Origin: Sminthopsis crassicaudata
Lineage: Eukaryota
NCBI RefSeq assembly: GCF_048593235.1
Contig: NC_133618.1
Coordinates: forward strand, 578,912,889 to 578,976,888
Direction of reading: 5' to 3'
Length of the DNA: 64,000 nucleotides
Part shown: one piece after another, positions 35,445 through 48,279 of the stretch
Position numbering within the stretch: the stretch's first letter is position 1
Layout of the letters: every line of letters starts with the position of its first letter
The notes under the pieces: generated by a model
Database searches by the model: none
The model's input: only the letters and a program-made list of their open reading frames with translations
What the model was told of the DNA's origin: nothing
Position numbers and translations under genes: made by a program

Positions 35445-37386
35445 TAAAAAAATAAACAAAAAATGAACCAGCTTGTTTCCTCTACTTCTCTTCCTGGTAA
35501 TGCTGGAGGGCAAATTCCTCTGACCACTTATTCCAGAGTCATGTTCTGACCGACAGACCCAAGAACCCTGTCTGGTTTGCAACATACAATTTAGCCACCC
35601 CAGTCTCTTTGACCTTTCTTGGAACCATGGTCAAAAGGTCAAGAAGACTTGCTAGATTTAGCCTGAGTTTAAATGAACTTGTTCACCTGTGAGAATGCCT
35701 GTGCTATTTCACCAGAGCTTTCTTAAAGTGCTTTGTAAAGTATCATTGTTTCCCTGGGAAGTGCTAATGGTAGGAGGCTGACTTTCTCTCTCATTTAATC
35801 ATGTGTGATCTCTTCAAAATTAGGAATCGCTAGGCTGTGATGGTATCATGGAGATTCCCACAGACCGTGAGCCATGTGCTCGGTCTTGCCTCCTTGCCCA
35901 GAACTTTCCTGGATCCTGCTAGAGGCAGGGGGAGAATTTGTGGAGTCACTGTCTTGAGATCTTCCTCCCTCCCCTGGGGGTTTTGTGAGGACAGAAGCCA
36001 ATAAAGGGAAGGAAGGACAGAAAAAAAGACACAGGCAACATGATCCTTGTTCCCTTGATGAAGGACTTCATCCACATCCTTGTTGCCTTCCCTACTGAAT
36101 GAGTAGCCGCCTTCCCTTGCTTTGCCTCCAGATGTTGAAGGAAGTGTGCTTTCTGCTGTTGTGAAAGCTGATTTTTTGTTCTAATCTTGAGACAGACTGA
36201 AGTTGGTTCTGGTGGAGCCTGAAATACTGTATGAACTAGAGAGCAATTGTAACATAAATAAAGACCTGCATTTGGCAGGATTGGGAGAGAAAGGAAAAGC
36301 TATTTTTCAGAGGTCAAAATTAAGGGGAAAAGATGGAGAAAGCCTTGACCCTTCTCCAGGAATGAGGGATGTTTTAAGTTTTAGGAGCTTCAGATATGGG
36401 GGGGAAAGAGGACAATTGGGTGTGTCTGCAGTACTGTGGGCTCTGGGAGGGATGGAAGCAGGTGTCTGGAGGTAAATCTAGTGGCAGTTAGCTCCCTGGG
36501 TATGGGCTGGGCACATAAGGAGAAGGACTTTAAAGGGCATTATGGCATCAAGTCACCGGCTTGACAGAAGACCAGAGACTTAGATTCTTGTAACCTAGTG
36601 GTCATGAACTGCTTTCTCTAGGCCTCAATTTGTTTTTCTACAAAAAGAGGGGATTTTGTGGGTGCTACCATCCCTAAAATTCTATGATTTCTCCCAAGGG
36701 CCTATCTTGTACCTGTTTTTGTATCTGGGATCTCTTTACTGTAGTCAAAGCAGCAGGGACTACTCACAACACACACACGTCAATGTCATAGCAAAGTATT
36801 TATCAAAAATGTTTAAAAAGAAAGTCAATGGAAGCCCGAGGAAAACTGCTTAGGAGGGATCCCCCAGGTCTTCAAACCTTTTTCTGAAGATGGCCATTCC
36901 TGACCAACACGCAGTTAGACACAAGTTAACTGCATTCAACTTCATTCTCACCAGGCGCCCACCAGTAGGCATGGAGTGACTCAGTTTCTGGTGTCCTGGG
37001 GTTCAGAAGTTTGTGCAAGTAGCTGTTTTTCTTTGGAAAAGACCAAAACATCCTGTAAAGCTGCTGATCCAGCAGGCTGCAGTGGGACCAGCTTGAGTGC
37101 CAGGAGTGTCCTCAGATCGCTGGACTGCCCACCAAAATCTCCCCAAACTTGGGCTGCTTCCACACCTCCCTTTGATGGCCCGTTGGTGATGCTAGTAAAA
37201 GTAGTTTGCCTCTGACCCACCCCAGAATCATCTGGGAATCTGCTAACTCCTGGGTATGGGCACGGGACTGTCACCCAAATAGGAGCAGGGAGCAACAGTA
37301 AGAAGCAGGAAAACTGGATTTAGTGGGGCAGCTGTGGGCCCCAGATTATAGAAGTCTGTGTGTGGGGGTGGTGGGATGCTGCAGGA

Positions 37387-37803
37387 CTAGGAACCCAGGA
37401 AAGCCATCTCTAGGTTGTCCGGCCCAGTCCCGTTGCCCACTATCCCCTGGGCCCACTTGTGTAGCCGGCTGTAGAGCGGGAAGCCCTGGTTTTCACGGTA
37501 CAGCGAGACGCCAGTGATGGCGTTCCACTGGGGCCTCGGCTGGGTCCCCTCCACAACAAACTCCTCAAGCATCTCCTTGTCATCCTTGTTCAGGGCCACA
37601 AAGCCGAAGAAACGGCGCACGTTGTTGGCAGCCAGCACTCGGGAGTGCACCTCCGCCGTTCTCTGGAACAGCTGGGACTCGTTGGCGCGGTACTGGGCCC
37701 AGTAGGCCTCTTGGCGGTAGCCCAGCGGGGAGCAGCAGTGCTTCAGACATTTGGTGAGGAAGACCAGGACAGCCACCACACCGATCAGCAGCCACCCGAA
37801 AAG
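37387..37803 (-). CDS. CALHM2: CALHM2 last coding exon
   Basis: Acceptor ...CTCTCCTGCCCAG|CTT; LFGWLLIG...YSRLHKWAQG...stop. Confidence 0.95.
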   Translation of the reverse strand, partial: LFGWLLIGVVAVLVFLTKCLKHCCSPLGYRQEAYWAQYRANESQLFQRTAEVHSRVLAANNVRRFFGFVALNKDDKEMLEEFVVEGTQPRPQWNAITGVSLYRENQGFPLYSRLHKWAQGIVGNGTGPDNLEMAFLGS

Positions 37804-40800
37804 CTGGGCAGGAGAGAAGAAGCGGGTGAGCTTTCCCTCCTCCCCACAGAGAGCAGCCAACTCCCCTCCCCACTCTGAGCAAGGGCAGGGGAAAGGAGGG
37901 GAGACCAGCCCGGCCAGAGAGAGGGAGTCTAGTCCTGACTTGACAATAAATAATAACTGCACGCCAGCCACTCTGGAGAGCAATTTGGAACTATGCCCAA
38001 AGGGCCATAAAACTGCTGGCCCTTTGATCCAGCCAGTCTCCACTAGCCTGCATGCTAAAGAGATCATAAAAAAGGAAAGGGACCCACATGTGCAGGAGTG
38101 TCTGTGGCAGCCCTTTGTGTAGTGGCCAGGAACTGGAAACTGAGTGGATGCCCATGGGGAATGGCTGAATAAATTGTGGTATATGAATATTATGGAATAT
38201 TATTGTTCTGTAAGAAATGATGAGAAGTTGTTCTAGAAGAAATGATTATGGAGTATTGATGAACTGATTTCAAAAAAGTCTGCTAAGACTTGCATGAACT
38301 GATGCTGAGTGAAATAAACAGAACTAGAACATCGTACACAGTTACAGCAAGACTATGGGATCAGCTGTGGCAGATTTAGCTCTTCTCAGTCACATAGTGA
38401 ACCAAGACAATTGTGATACACTGGGATGGAATCAGCATCCCGAGAAAGAGCTGTGGAGAATGAATGCAGATTGAAGCATACTATTTTCACATTTTCCCCC
38501 CTTCTTATGGTTTTTTCCCTTTTGTTCTGATTTTCCTCTCACAGCATGACTAATACGGATGGATACAGAGTTGACACGATTGTACATGTATAATCTATAT
38601 CAGATTGCTCTCTTGAGGAGAGGGAAGGGAGGAAGAAAAAAATCTTACAAAAATGAATGGTGAAAACTATCTTTACATGTAATTGGAAAAAATAAAACAC
38701 TATAAAAATAAATAGCTGCATTACAATAAAGTCAATTGTCTTCTCTGGATCTATTTGCTCTGTGGAATGAGAATTGGAATAGATGTTCTCTTAAGTCCCT
38801 CACAATTTGTAATATGTCATGCTTTCATTTTCTGTCTTCTGCTCAGTCTGCATTTTCTCCTCATCTCTCCATCTCTGCAAGTGTCTGTCCATTTTTCTCC
38901 TGAACACCCATTCCTTTCTGTCTCCTTGTGTCTGCCCATTTGTTTTGCCTGTCCTCTTCATCACAGTGAAAGGTAAAAAGGATCTTAGAAGGCCTACCCA
39001 TTTTACAGATGATTAAGTTGGTGTCTAGACAGGTTAAGTGACGTTACTTTAGAGCCCCCAGCTAGTAAGTATTGGAGGAAGGATTTGAACTCAGATCTTT
39101 CAGCATTTAGTACAAGTACCTGGTTTGTAATAAGTGTTCCTGACTCCAAGGCCAGTATTAGGCTGCATCTCCAACTGGTGCTTTTAAAGACCTTTAAGAG
39201 AAAATTATGTGCTTCCCACTCCTTGGCTTTGCCAGTTTCCCTTTCTCCTTTCTAATAAGGCTTCTATTTTTTTTTTCCTCATCATCAGTTCATTACCAGA
39301 TAATGCTTTTTGGGATTCTGTAGCCCAATTTGTGGGTAACTAGATGACACAGTGGATAGAGAGTTGAATGCCAGGCTTGGAATGAGAAAGACTCATCTTC
39401 CTGAGTTCAAATCTAGTCAGACACTAACTGGGGGATCCTGGTAAGCCATTTAATCCTGTTTGCCTCAGTTTCCTCATCTATAAAATGAGTGGAAAAGTAA
39501 ATGGCAAATCACAATAGTGTCTTTGTTAAGAAAACCCCAAAGGGATCACAAAGATTCAGACATGACTGAATTTCTTTCCCAATGCAAGAATCCTCCTCTC
39601 TACTGCATCTCTGATTACCTGTGCTCATCAGACCTTTTTGAACACCTCCTGGAATGAGTAGCTCACTACCTAGGAGATAGCCACTTTACACTGTCAGACA
39701 ACTCTTGATTCTTGCAAAGGTCTTATAGGCTAGGCTGCATTAGGCTGATCACACCCACCGGGGTTAGCCCTTCAGCCTAGTTAAGTCTAGGCTAAGGGTC
39801 CATCTGAGCCACAGTCAGAGGTCAGAACATGGACGGAGTCAGAACCAAAAGAGGCATCAAGGAACAGAGATCAGAATGCAGATCTTGGAGTGTGAAAAGG
39901 CCTGGATTTAAATTTTGCCTCTGAGACATACCAGCCTCCCCCCACCCCAAGAACATTTCTAAATTTAAGTGGGGAGAGTTCACTATGCTAATAAAATCAC
40001 AGATCCAATTTTTTATAAAGGAAGATGGACTATGCCCAAAGTGAGTCATGAGATCAAGATGTAATTGAAGAATAGCAATTTTCCATGCTCTTTAAAATTA
40101 TTGGGAACTTCCAATGGTCTTGTGAATGCAGAGAACCATCTGCACCCAGAGAGAGGACTGTGGGAACTGAGTGTGGATCACAACATAGCATTCTCACTCT
40201 TTTTGTCTGTTTGCTGGTGTTCTGTCTTTCTTGTTTTTTTTCCTTTCTGATCTGATTTTTCTTGTGCATCATGATAATTGTGGAAATATGTATAGAATAT
40301 TGTTTAACATATATCAGATTACTTGCTATGTTGGGGAGGAATGGGGGCAAGGGAGGGAAAAAATTTGGAGCATAAGGGTGAATGTTGAAAATCTATGCAT
40401 AAAATTAAAAATAAATAAATAAATAAATAAAATTGGAAAAAAAAAATTATTGGGAACCTGAACCATAAACATGGCTTCATTAGCACTGGGTATTACCCAC
40501 TTCTAACACTGAGAATTCTTATTCTGGGGTTGGAGCAGTCTTTCTGTTCTCTCCTCTTCACCCAAGAGGAGCAAAGCTGGAGCCTTTCCAGTTTTCCTTT
40601 CCTACCTTGAGCTGGGGACGGGGAGAGAGGATGGTTTAGGATGTGATCTTTTCTCTCCCACTGCCCTCCCCTCCTTTCTGGAGATTTAATTAGCCAGTTA
40701 AACAACTGGTTTACTTATTATTATTTAAATTAAAAACAACTGGTTTGATTTTTATTTCATGTAGGGACCATATAATGACCAGGTCTACAGAGTCTCTTTA

Positions 40801-41814
40801 TTTCGGAGTTTATATCAGAAAAGTTAATAAAAGCATCACTGGGCTGCTAGGTGGCTCAGTGGATAGAGTACCAGCCCTGAAGTCAGGAGGACTTGAGGTC
40901 AGACACTTAATACTTAATAGCTGTGTGACCCTGGGCAAGTCACTTAACCCCAATTTCCTCAGCAAAAAATAAATCATATTATCATAGCTCAGAGCCCCCA
41001 ATTAGAAAAACTGATAAGGGGAGCTCCTGGGCTCCTGCTTGTGACTCCTAAGACTCACACCAATGAAGGACCTCCCCAGTAAAAAAGGCAGGGGGGAGGG
41101 GGGGATCAGCAGCCTCTAAGGTTCTTTCTAGCTCTAACCTTGAGCTTTCCTGGGTAAAGACTCTGGTCATCCCTCCAGCAGCATTCCCAAAGGCCGTGAG
41201 AGAAGCCATCCTGGAGCCTTTGCCCGCCCACCTCCACGACCCAGGAGATCTTGGCTTACCTGGGACTCATACTTGAGTCTCCGGCTCACCTCCTCCTGGA
41301 AGCTGGACAGGTTTGCCGGGGCCTCCCTGCAGGGGAACTTGGCCAGCACCTCGATGGCGTGGTCCTGGGGGAAACCCCCCTTCTCATCTGTCAGCGAGGA
41401 GGGGTCCACAAACTCGCTGAGAGCGCAGACGTAGGCCTCTCCTCTGAGCAGAGAGAGGACGGACCAGGTGACGGGGGCCACGGCCGCCCGGCCCAGGATG
41501 GAGCTCAGGAGCAGGAAGTTGGGGGCCGCCGAGCAGTTCTTGGCCCGGCGGAGCTGACACTCGGCCACCAGGTTCCAGGTGTGGGTGTTGAGGATGACGC
41601 CTATGAGGAAGAGAGCCAGGGCGGGAACCCCAATGGCGGTCAGCCCGTAAATGTAGTTCCTGGTGGGGGAGCAAGGGCAGTGGAAGGCCACCACGGAGAA
41701 CAGTTCCTGGCTCCCCACCGTGCCCAGAGCCACCAGCCCGTTGAAGATCATCACGTCCTTACTCTTGAAAAAGAGCGACAGGAAGCGGAAATTCTCCACG
41801 ATCAGGGCGGACAT
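37387..41814 (-). CDS. CALHM2: Calcium homeostasis modulator 2, join(41814..41260, 37803..37387), 323 aa
   Basis: MSALIVENFRFLSLFFKSKDVMIFNGLVALGTVGSQELFS...LKYESQ / LFGWLLIGVVAVLVFLTKC...EMAFLGS matches human CALHM2. 555+417 nt. E37, F39, R124 and the NLS sequon are retained. GT-AG intron 41259-37804. Confidence 0.97.
38131..38715 (+). mobile_element. L1 3' end, marsupial type, antisense to CALHM2
   Basis: GAACTGGAAACTGAGTGGATGCCCA...GGAATGGCTGAATAAATTGTGG... through an A-rich tail. Confidence 0.8.
39334..39570 (+). mobile_element. Mar1/CORE-SINE
   Basis: tRNA-like head, CORE (GCCTCAGTTTCCTCATCTATAAAATGAG), RTE-type tail (AAGAAAACCCCAA...GACATGACTGAA). Confidence 0.8.
40109..40442 (+). mobile_element. 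5'-truncated young L1 with 15-bp TSD
   Basis: AAAATTATTGGGAAC at 40094-40108 and 40443-40457; (AAAT)n/A tail. Confidence 0.9.
40841..40969 (+). mobile_element. WSINE1-type SINE
   Basis: GGGCTGCTAGGTGGCTCAGTGGATAGAGTACCAGCCCTGAAGTCAGG...GGGCAAGTCACTTAACCCCAATT..AAAAAA. Confidence 0.8.
41260..41814 (-). CDS. CALHM2: CALHM2 first coding exon (exon likely extends to an acceptor at 41840)
   Basis: ATG in ATCACCATG context; donor CAG|GTAAG at 41259; acceptor CCCTTCCTTTCTGCAG| at 41841. Confidence 0.95.
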
Positions 41815-43949
41815 GGTGATGACTGGAGGAGACCGTCAGCCTGCAGAAAGGAAGGGTGAATTCAGGGATTGAAATCCTGGTGGGACTGGGGAAAGGGACC
41901 AGATGTACCGGGGCCATGCGATCACCCAGAATGGGTGATCCCGAGCAAGTCACTGCTACTCGACAAGCCTTGATATCACCATCTGTGAAATGGGAGACAA
42001 CGCTTACCCATATACCAATGTCTTCTTTATATAGAGCTTCAAAAATACGCTCCTCTCCTCACAAAGAACCTGAGAGGCAGGGAGCATGGCAATGGACTCA
42101 GAGGTGCTGGGGGTCCTGAGCTCTTGCAGCCTAATAGAGAACACTGCTAATTGAGACCAAGGCCACTTGTGCCTTTCTTTGTATCTCCAGCATTTAGCAC
42201 AGGGCTGGATACAGAAGGCACTTGCATTCAGGCTGGTGACTGGAAAACACTATTTTAGTGATGGGGTCTCCCAGCCCCTGCTCTCCTTGGGGCAGAACCA
42301 GGATGTGAGTTCTCAGAGGCTGAATCCACCGTTCCCTTCTCCTCCCCCCAATATGTGAGCTGGGTAGAATTCTGGAGAGGGAGAAGGAAGGCCACTTCCA
42401 ATGAATTGTAAAATGAAGGGGACCAGAGTTCTCTCTTCCTGGGATGGGGCTCAGATAATTGGCACCTGGGCAGAGCTGACAAGATTTTCAGTTCTATTTT
42501 GAACAAAATGAGCAGCGTCAGTCAGGAGACAGCTTCAGCTTCCTCTCCCCCAGAGGCTGCCTTCCCTGATCCCCATCCAGAACTTGGCCCCATCTCCATC
42601 CCAAAATGGGGGAAACACGGCCTCCTGGCTCAGGACAAAGTATCAATGAGAATCTGCTTAGCTCCAGCCCAGTGCTTTACTTCTTAGAACTCTATCTGTA
42701 AGTTAAGGCCCCCAAATTGGGGTGAGTGAGGGAATAAAGTAAGGTTTGGGGACGTTTTGTCCTCTGTATAAAGGCTCAGCAATGGGTCCTATTCTGGGGG
42801 GATTCCTCGGGCTTTAATGTTTTGTGTGTATGAACATGACAAAAACCAACAAATAAATATCTCAACACACAAAGAACAAGAAGGGACCATAGATTGCACA
42901 AGGAACGAAATTTCTGCAAAAATCTACAGAGCTTTGGTACATATAGCCTTAAATAAATACACCTTTATTTATTGCATTTAATTAGGTAGCATCAAAATTG
43001 CTCTACATTCCTTTTAAAACTTCATTCTGTTTTATTCTATGAATTTAAAAACATTTCGTTGATGATCTTTTGGGAAGTCACATCCATCGGTACCCACTAA
43101 ACTATTCCCCCATAGATGTCAGTGTTTGGAGTAAATATACTGTCTAACAAACTGTAAGCTTTAGGCTCGGGCTGCAGGAACTCCTGAGGCTGTAAGTGTT
43201 CATGACACCTTCCTCCGGTCCGGTGGTCTGGGGGGTAGGAAGAGGCTCTTCCTCAGGTTCTGTAAAGCCCAGGGAGAACGGATTTGTGCTTCCTAGAAGA
43301 CAGAAGTGCCAGGGGCCCGAGGGGAGGCAGTGCTGTGGGTACAAAGCACTCCCACCCACACTCATCCCACTTCTGGACACCCACACCTACCTCCCCGAGG
43401 GAAGCCCTTCAATTTTGGGGACGAGAACAACCATAACAAAAAAAGATGCGGATTCACAGGCTCCTTCGGGGCTCCCTTACATGCCCTCCGCGCTCCCCGT
43501 CCCCAGTGCAGTCCAGCGCCACAGACAAGGCGATCCTGGCCTTCAGAGGCCCTCTCTCTGAAAAGGAGTTTCTGGCTCTGTGAGAGGGGCGGGGGAGGAT
43601 AATGGGCCACAGACATCAGAGGATTCCTACTCCCCTTCCCCCAGCCCCATTTGGCTCCTGCCCCTCTCCAGGCCAGCAGAGCCTCTGGCCCTCTCTCTGG
43701 GGAGGCTCAGTTTCACCCGGACAGGGTGCAGACCATCTGACAAATGGAGCTGGACAAGCGCTAGCCCTCGGGCAGGGAGGGACCGGGACAAGGACCACAT
43801 GCGTCCCCTCGGTGGGGAGGGGCCAGGGAGGTTCTCTCCGGGGTCGAGAAGCGTCTTTTGGGGGTCTGGACCTTTTCTTCATGCCCTGGCCGGCCCACTC
43901 CTCCCCCTTTGTCCCCTCCTGGCCGCCGGTGCCCCAGTCTTTCCCAGTG

Positions 43950-44500
43950 GTCATCAGTCCCCCCACCCTCGCTGGATGGGCTCGGTCACTCACCTGGAGT
44001 CTGGGTGAGTCGGGTACCAGCGGGCAGGGCGCAGACTGGGCAGCGGGCGCGGGTGGGCAGCCACCACGCCCGGCGGCCTGCCCGCGCTCAGCAGTCGCTT
44101 CCTCCGCCTCTTCGCAGGCTCTGTTTAGGAGTTTTGATTTGCAGGGCCGGGGCTGGCTCAGGGTGGAGGAGGAAAGTCGCGGAGACCCTGCAGGACTTTG
44201 GGGAAGTGCCGGCGAGGCTTAGAGAAAGTTTAAACCCGAAAGAAATAAATAAAGAATGAAAAAGCGCGTGTGCGCGTCAGAGTGGAAAAACAGCTTCCCC
44301 AGCGTCTGCAGGGGAGGGGAAGAAGGGGGAGGGGGGAGGGAGAAAAAGGGTGGGAGAAGGGGGAGGAGGCGCCCGCCCGCCGGCCCTCCCGGGTCCGCGG
44401 TGCAGCTCCGCCCTCCGACCCAGCGAGGGCTAACCCGGGCCCGGCGCTCTAAGAGCCGGCTGGTCCGCTCTCAGTAACTCCGATCTTCTTCTGGCTTTGG
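43950..44500 (-). promoter_or_regulatory. CALHM2: CALHM2 CpG-island promoter with non-coding exon 1 (donor CAG|GTGAGT at 43993)
   Basis: CpG-rich patch, GC boxes, and a consensus minus-strand donor 2.2 kb upstream of the coding exon. Confidence 0.7.
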
Positions 44501-44834
44501 GACCGGGGAGAGGAACCGAGATCAGGGAGCCAGGGTCCTCTTGGACAAAGGGTGTGAGCCTGGACACCCACCTAGGGGACTCCAGGGGTCTCCCCAGGAT
44601 TAGGAGTTGGGGAGGTCAAAGAAAGGGAGGCGAGAACCTGAGCCTATTGGGTCTTCGGGGAGATCTGGTCCAGGTGCTTCCAGATCAGTCCCATCAACAT
44701 TTATTAAACTCCTTTTATTTGCAGGGCACCGGGCTAGAAGCTGAAGAAGAAAGGGCGGAACCAATCAGGTCCCTTCCCTTCTGCGGGGAGATAGAATTGG
44801 CGCACTTGTAAGTAAATGCAAAGCACATACCGAC

Positions 44835-45120
44835 TCGTTTCTTTTTTTCTTTTTTCTTTTATTATTAAATTTTTATTGGTGGTTTTTATTTTTACGTCAC
44901 CTAAATTTTCTAATATTTATTTCTTCCAATCTGCTCTTTTTACATATCCATCCCTTATGACCATTTTTTTTTTTTAAAGGAAAAAAGCCCTACAAAAGTA
45001 ACCAACACTTTCAGCCGAGTGATTTTTATATCAGCTTCACACCCATAGTTCTCCCTTCAGGGGAAAAAAAGCGGGGGGAGGGATTTGTATTCTCATAACT
45101 ATTGCTTGGAGACAAATCTG
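44835..45120 (-). mobile_element. Degraded L1 3' tail
   Basis: T-rich start and marsupial L1 3' UTR-like sequence. Confidence 0.45.
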
Positions 45121-47334
45121 TACCCCTGCTACCGGAGCTTTCTGAGGGTTAGAGTAAACTTGGACGTTCCTTTTTTTAACCCTACCTCCCTGGCTGGGCA
45201 GGGGAGGCCCCTAATTTCTCATTTGTTCAGTCTTCTGATGTCTTACTCTGCATTTTAATCTACCATGACCCTCTCCTTGCCAATTCTCCCTTAGGGTCAT
45301 CGAAATCCACCCTTCAAAAAGCCTCAGGCTCCAGGCTACGTCTCCAGTCTTATTTCCTATTGCATGTTTTTCACACTCACTTTTCAGCTAAACGAACCTA
45401 TTTGTTGTTCCCCCAGATTTTCAGTCCATCTCCTGCCACCATGTTTTTGCAACAGTTCCTAATGCACTCCTTCCTAATCTCAATTTAGGAGTGAAGAAGG
45501 ATAGAGACCAGAGCTGGAAACTGTCCGGCTGCCCCTTCCTGCCCAGCTGATCTAACTGACCAACAGCTGCACTTCTCTGGGGGATTGGGCCTTAGGAAGG
45601 CATTTCACCACATTCCCCTTACTTTCAGTTAGCAGTCTGACTATGTGGGGGGGAGGGGGAGAACAGCACAGAGGGGTGAGGAGATTATCCTGTGGATTCT
45701 GCATGGGAAGAACTGCAGTCTCTCAGAGATAAGGGAAATCCAGACCCCCTCCCCAAATAAATAAATAAGCCTCAGAGCCTCAGAGGAAGTCAACTGTTGC
45801 TGAAATGGGAGAAACAGTAGCGAGCTGGGATACAATCCAAGCAAAATAGAAGTGACTTTGGGGTTGTCTGTTCTTTTGGACCCTGGGGCTCTGCTGAAAG
45901 ATTGGTCAGTCCACATCCCTGTTCTCCCCGCACCAAAGGGCCACTTGCTTTTCCATCTTCTGCTTCTTCAGGCTCTTCTCCTTGTGTCTGAAATGTGCTC
46001 CATGTGCCACACCCACCTCTGTTCCAAAAGCTTGGTAAAATCCATCATTTTTGTAAGCCACGGGGTCAAATGCCAGACTCAGGAAGCCTTCCTTTATGTC
46101 CTCTCCTCCAAGTGGGTATGGTTTATTTATCCTCCGAGCTAAAGCAGCTAGTCAGGGATTCATAACATTCAGTTCTGTATCATTTGTGTACAGAAGAGGC
46201 AGCATGGGAGTGGTTAGAAACACTGGGCTTGGAGTCAGGAAACCCTAGGTTTGGACCCTGTGTCCAATATCCACTAAACTGTGTGATTCTAGGCAAGGTA
46301 CTTAACCTCTCTGACCTCTAACCTCCTTAAATATAAGACTCATTGTCTTATGAATCTAAACAGCTCACTGTTTAATCCCTTAATCAGAAGGGAAGCAAAA
46401 AATGTGAAATACAAAATCTCCCCCTAAGGGGATGAATGAAACAGGTCCATAAATCTATGATCTTAGATTTTGTGTTTATTATCAAAACTACACTTGTTGC
46501 TAAGCTTATCAAGTTTATCTAGGACTGTTTTGTTTGCCCATATTCCACAGTGCAAAGCACTTCAATTTACCTGTAGCAGACAGCCAATCATTTTTTACTG
46601 AGGGATCTTGTAGTTAGGAGAAGGTGACAGGGGAAAGAGGAAAGCTGAGGAGATAAAGGGAGGAAAGAAGAATGGAAGAAGGAATCTGGCAGGAAGAATT
46701 TACTCTACCTTTAATGTCCTGACCACACATACACCTCCCAGCTTGGGTTTTTTGGGGGGAACGTAGCAGGGAGAGAATTACCATTTTGTTTCTTGAGGAA
46801 GGATTTTTGGGCCTCTTCTACAGGCCACACCCTGGCAGACCTGATGCTTCCCCCTCCCTCTTCCCCCTGCTTTCCTGTGACTCATTCTTGCCCCTTTGGC
46901 AGCTAGAAGTCAAACTTAGCTCAGCTGGAGTGAGGAGTGAGGGTTTGTTTTGCAGCTGTGGTCAGACACATGTCTAGGCTGGAGGCTGACATCTTACTGT
47001 TCCCAGGCCCTGAGATACCACAGTGCAGCCCCCAGACCCTCAGCCCACCCCCAAGTACCCACATGGGAAGGGAGTGTCTCTCACAGCCAAAGTTCTGGGC
47101 AGAGTCCGCATCAAACTTTCCAGAATTTTAGGACTGAAGGAGACTTGGAGACCATCTACTCCAACTCATTCCAGAACCAGCGTCTTCAGCATCATCCCGG
47201 ATAAAGGATGGTCCAGCTTTGCTCCACTGGCTCCTAGGAGGGGCAGCTCCTTTCACTTTTATTGTTCAATCTCTGTGACCCCACTTGGAGATTTCTTAAC
47301 AAAGATACTAGAGCAGTTTGCCTTTTTCTTCTCT

Positions 47335-47570
47335 ATCTCATTTACATGAGGAAACTGAGGCAGAGTTAAGTAACTTGCCCAGGTCACACAGTATCTGAGG
47401 CCACATGTGAACTCAGGTCTTCCTGTCTCCATGCCCAGGGCTCTATTCCCTGAGCCAGCTGCTCTCCATTCTACTTTGAGAATTCCCTAATTGTAAATGG
47501 GGAAACCACTCTACGATCTTTGCCAAGAAAATCCCAAATGGGGTCACAAAAAGCCACTCAGGACTGAAAC
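47335..47570. mobile_element. MIR/Mar1 SINE remnants
   Basis: GAGGAAACTGAGGCAG..GTAACTTGCCCAGGTCACACAG core on -, Mar1-type tail on +. Confidence 0.6.
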
Positions 47571-48279
47571 ATTTCGACAATTATAAGAAAAACTTTCTTC
47601 AGATCAAGTCTGAATCTGTTATTTTGCCATTTCTGGTTATTGCTTTTAATTCTGTCCTGAGAGCCACAACAAATCTAATCTGTTTTTCATTGAATGGATT
47701 TGATGGCATTTATTAAATAAATGCTTCTTGTATGCAAAGCTCTATGCCAAGTGCTAGGGATTCAGATAGAAAAAGGATTTTACTTTCTAGAGTGAGACCT
47801 AATACCCAGAGGAGGTTTCCTTTTTACAAGTCAGTTGGGAAAGTCCAATGGTCCTTAGGGTTCAGCGACAAGACAAATAATAACGTCTCAGCTTTAGTGT
47901 TATTTCCGGTCATAACATATAGCAGTGTCTGGTGTTGAACTATTCAGTGAGGCCAAGGACTTTGGCATGGACCACAGGTCTTTTGTACTTGAAGCTGCAG
48001 AAGACGCAGGGACTGCATCACCAAGTTATGTCTGACTTCTCCCAATTTCAGGGACTTGGCTGGAGCGGAAAGGGCTTTGCTCTTCTGGGAGATCTTGGAT
48101 TTAACTGCCCGTTAATGGCAGCCCATCAAGCTGCAGAGTCAAAGGAATTACTGAATGAAGGACCTTCAAAATCTTATAGGTATCTTTCCATTTCCTTTCT
48201 AGGATTCTCTGCTCTAGGGTAACCATCTCAGTCCATCCTTCAGTCAGTTCTCATTGGTACAAATTCCTTCCCTATCTTG

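Noticed and set aside
35610-35641. Nuclear-receptor half-sites (TGACCT...TGGTCAaaAGGTCA)
   Set aside because: Short motif in a 3' UTR region; expected by chance without chromatin data
39768-39798. 12-bp hairpin CCCTTCAGCCTAG/CTAGGCTAAGGG in the CALHM2 intron
   Set aside because: Too short for a pre-miRNA and sits in a TAGGCT-repetitive patch; compatible with chance
41251-41859. 202-aa + strand ORF antisense to CALHM2 exon (likewise 50771-51277 and 52909-53352 antisense to CALHM1)
   Set aside because: Shadow ORFs produced by high-GC3 codon usage on the coding strand; no recognisable protein features
43580-44259. Several 125-206 aa ORFs around the CALHM2 CpG island
   Set aside because: Stop-poor GC-rich sequence with low-complexity G/P/R/A products; no homology recognised
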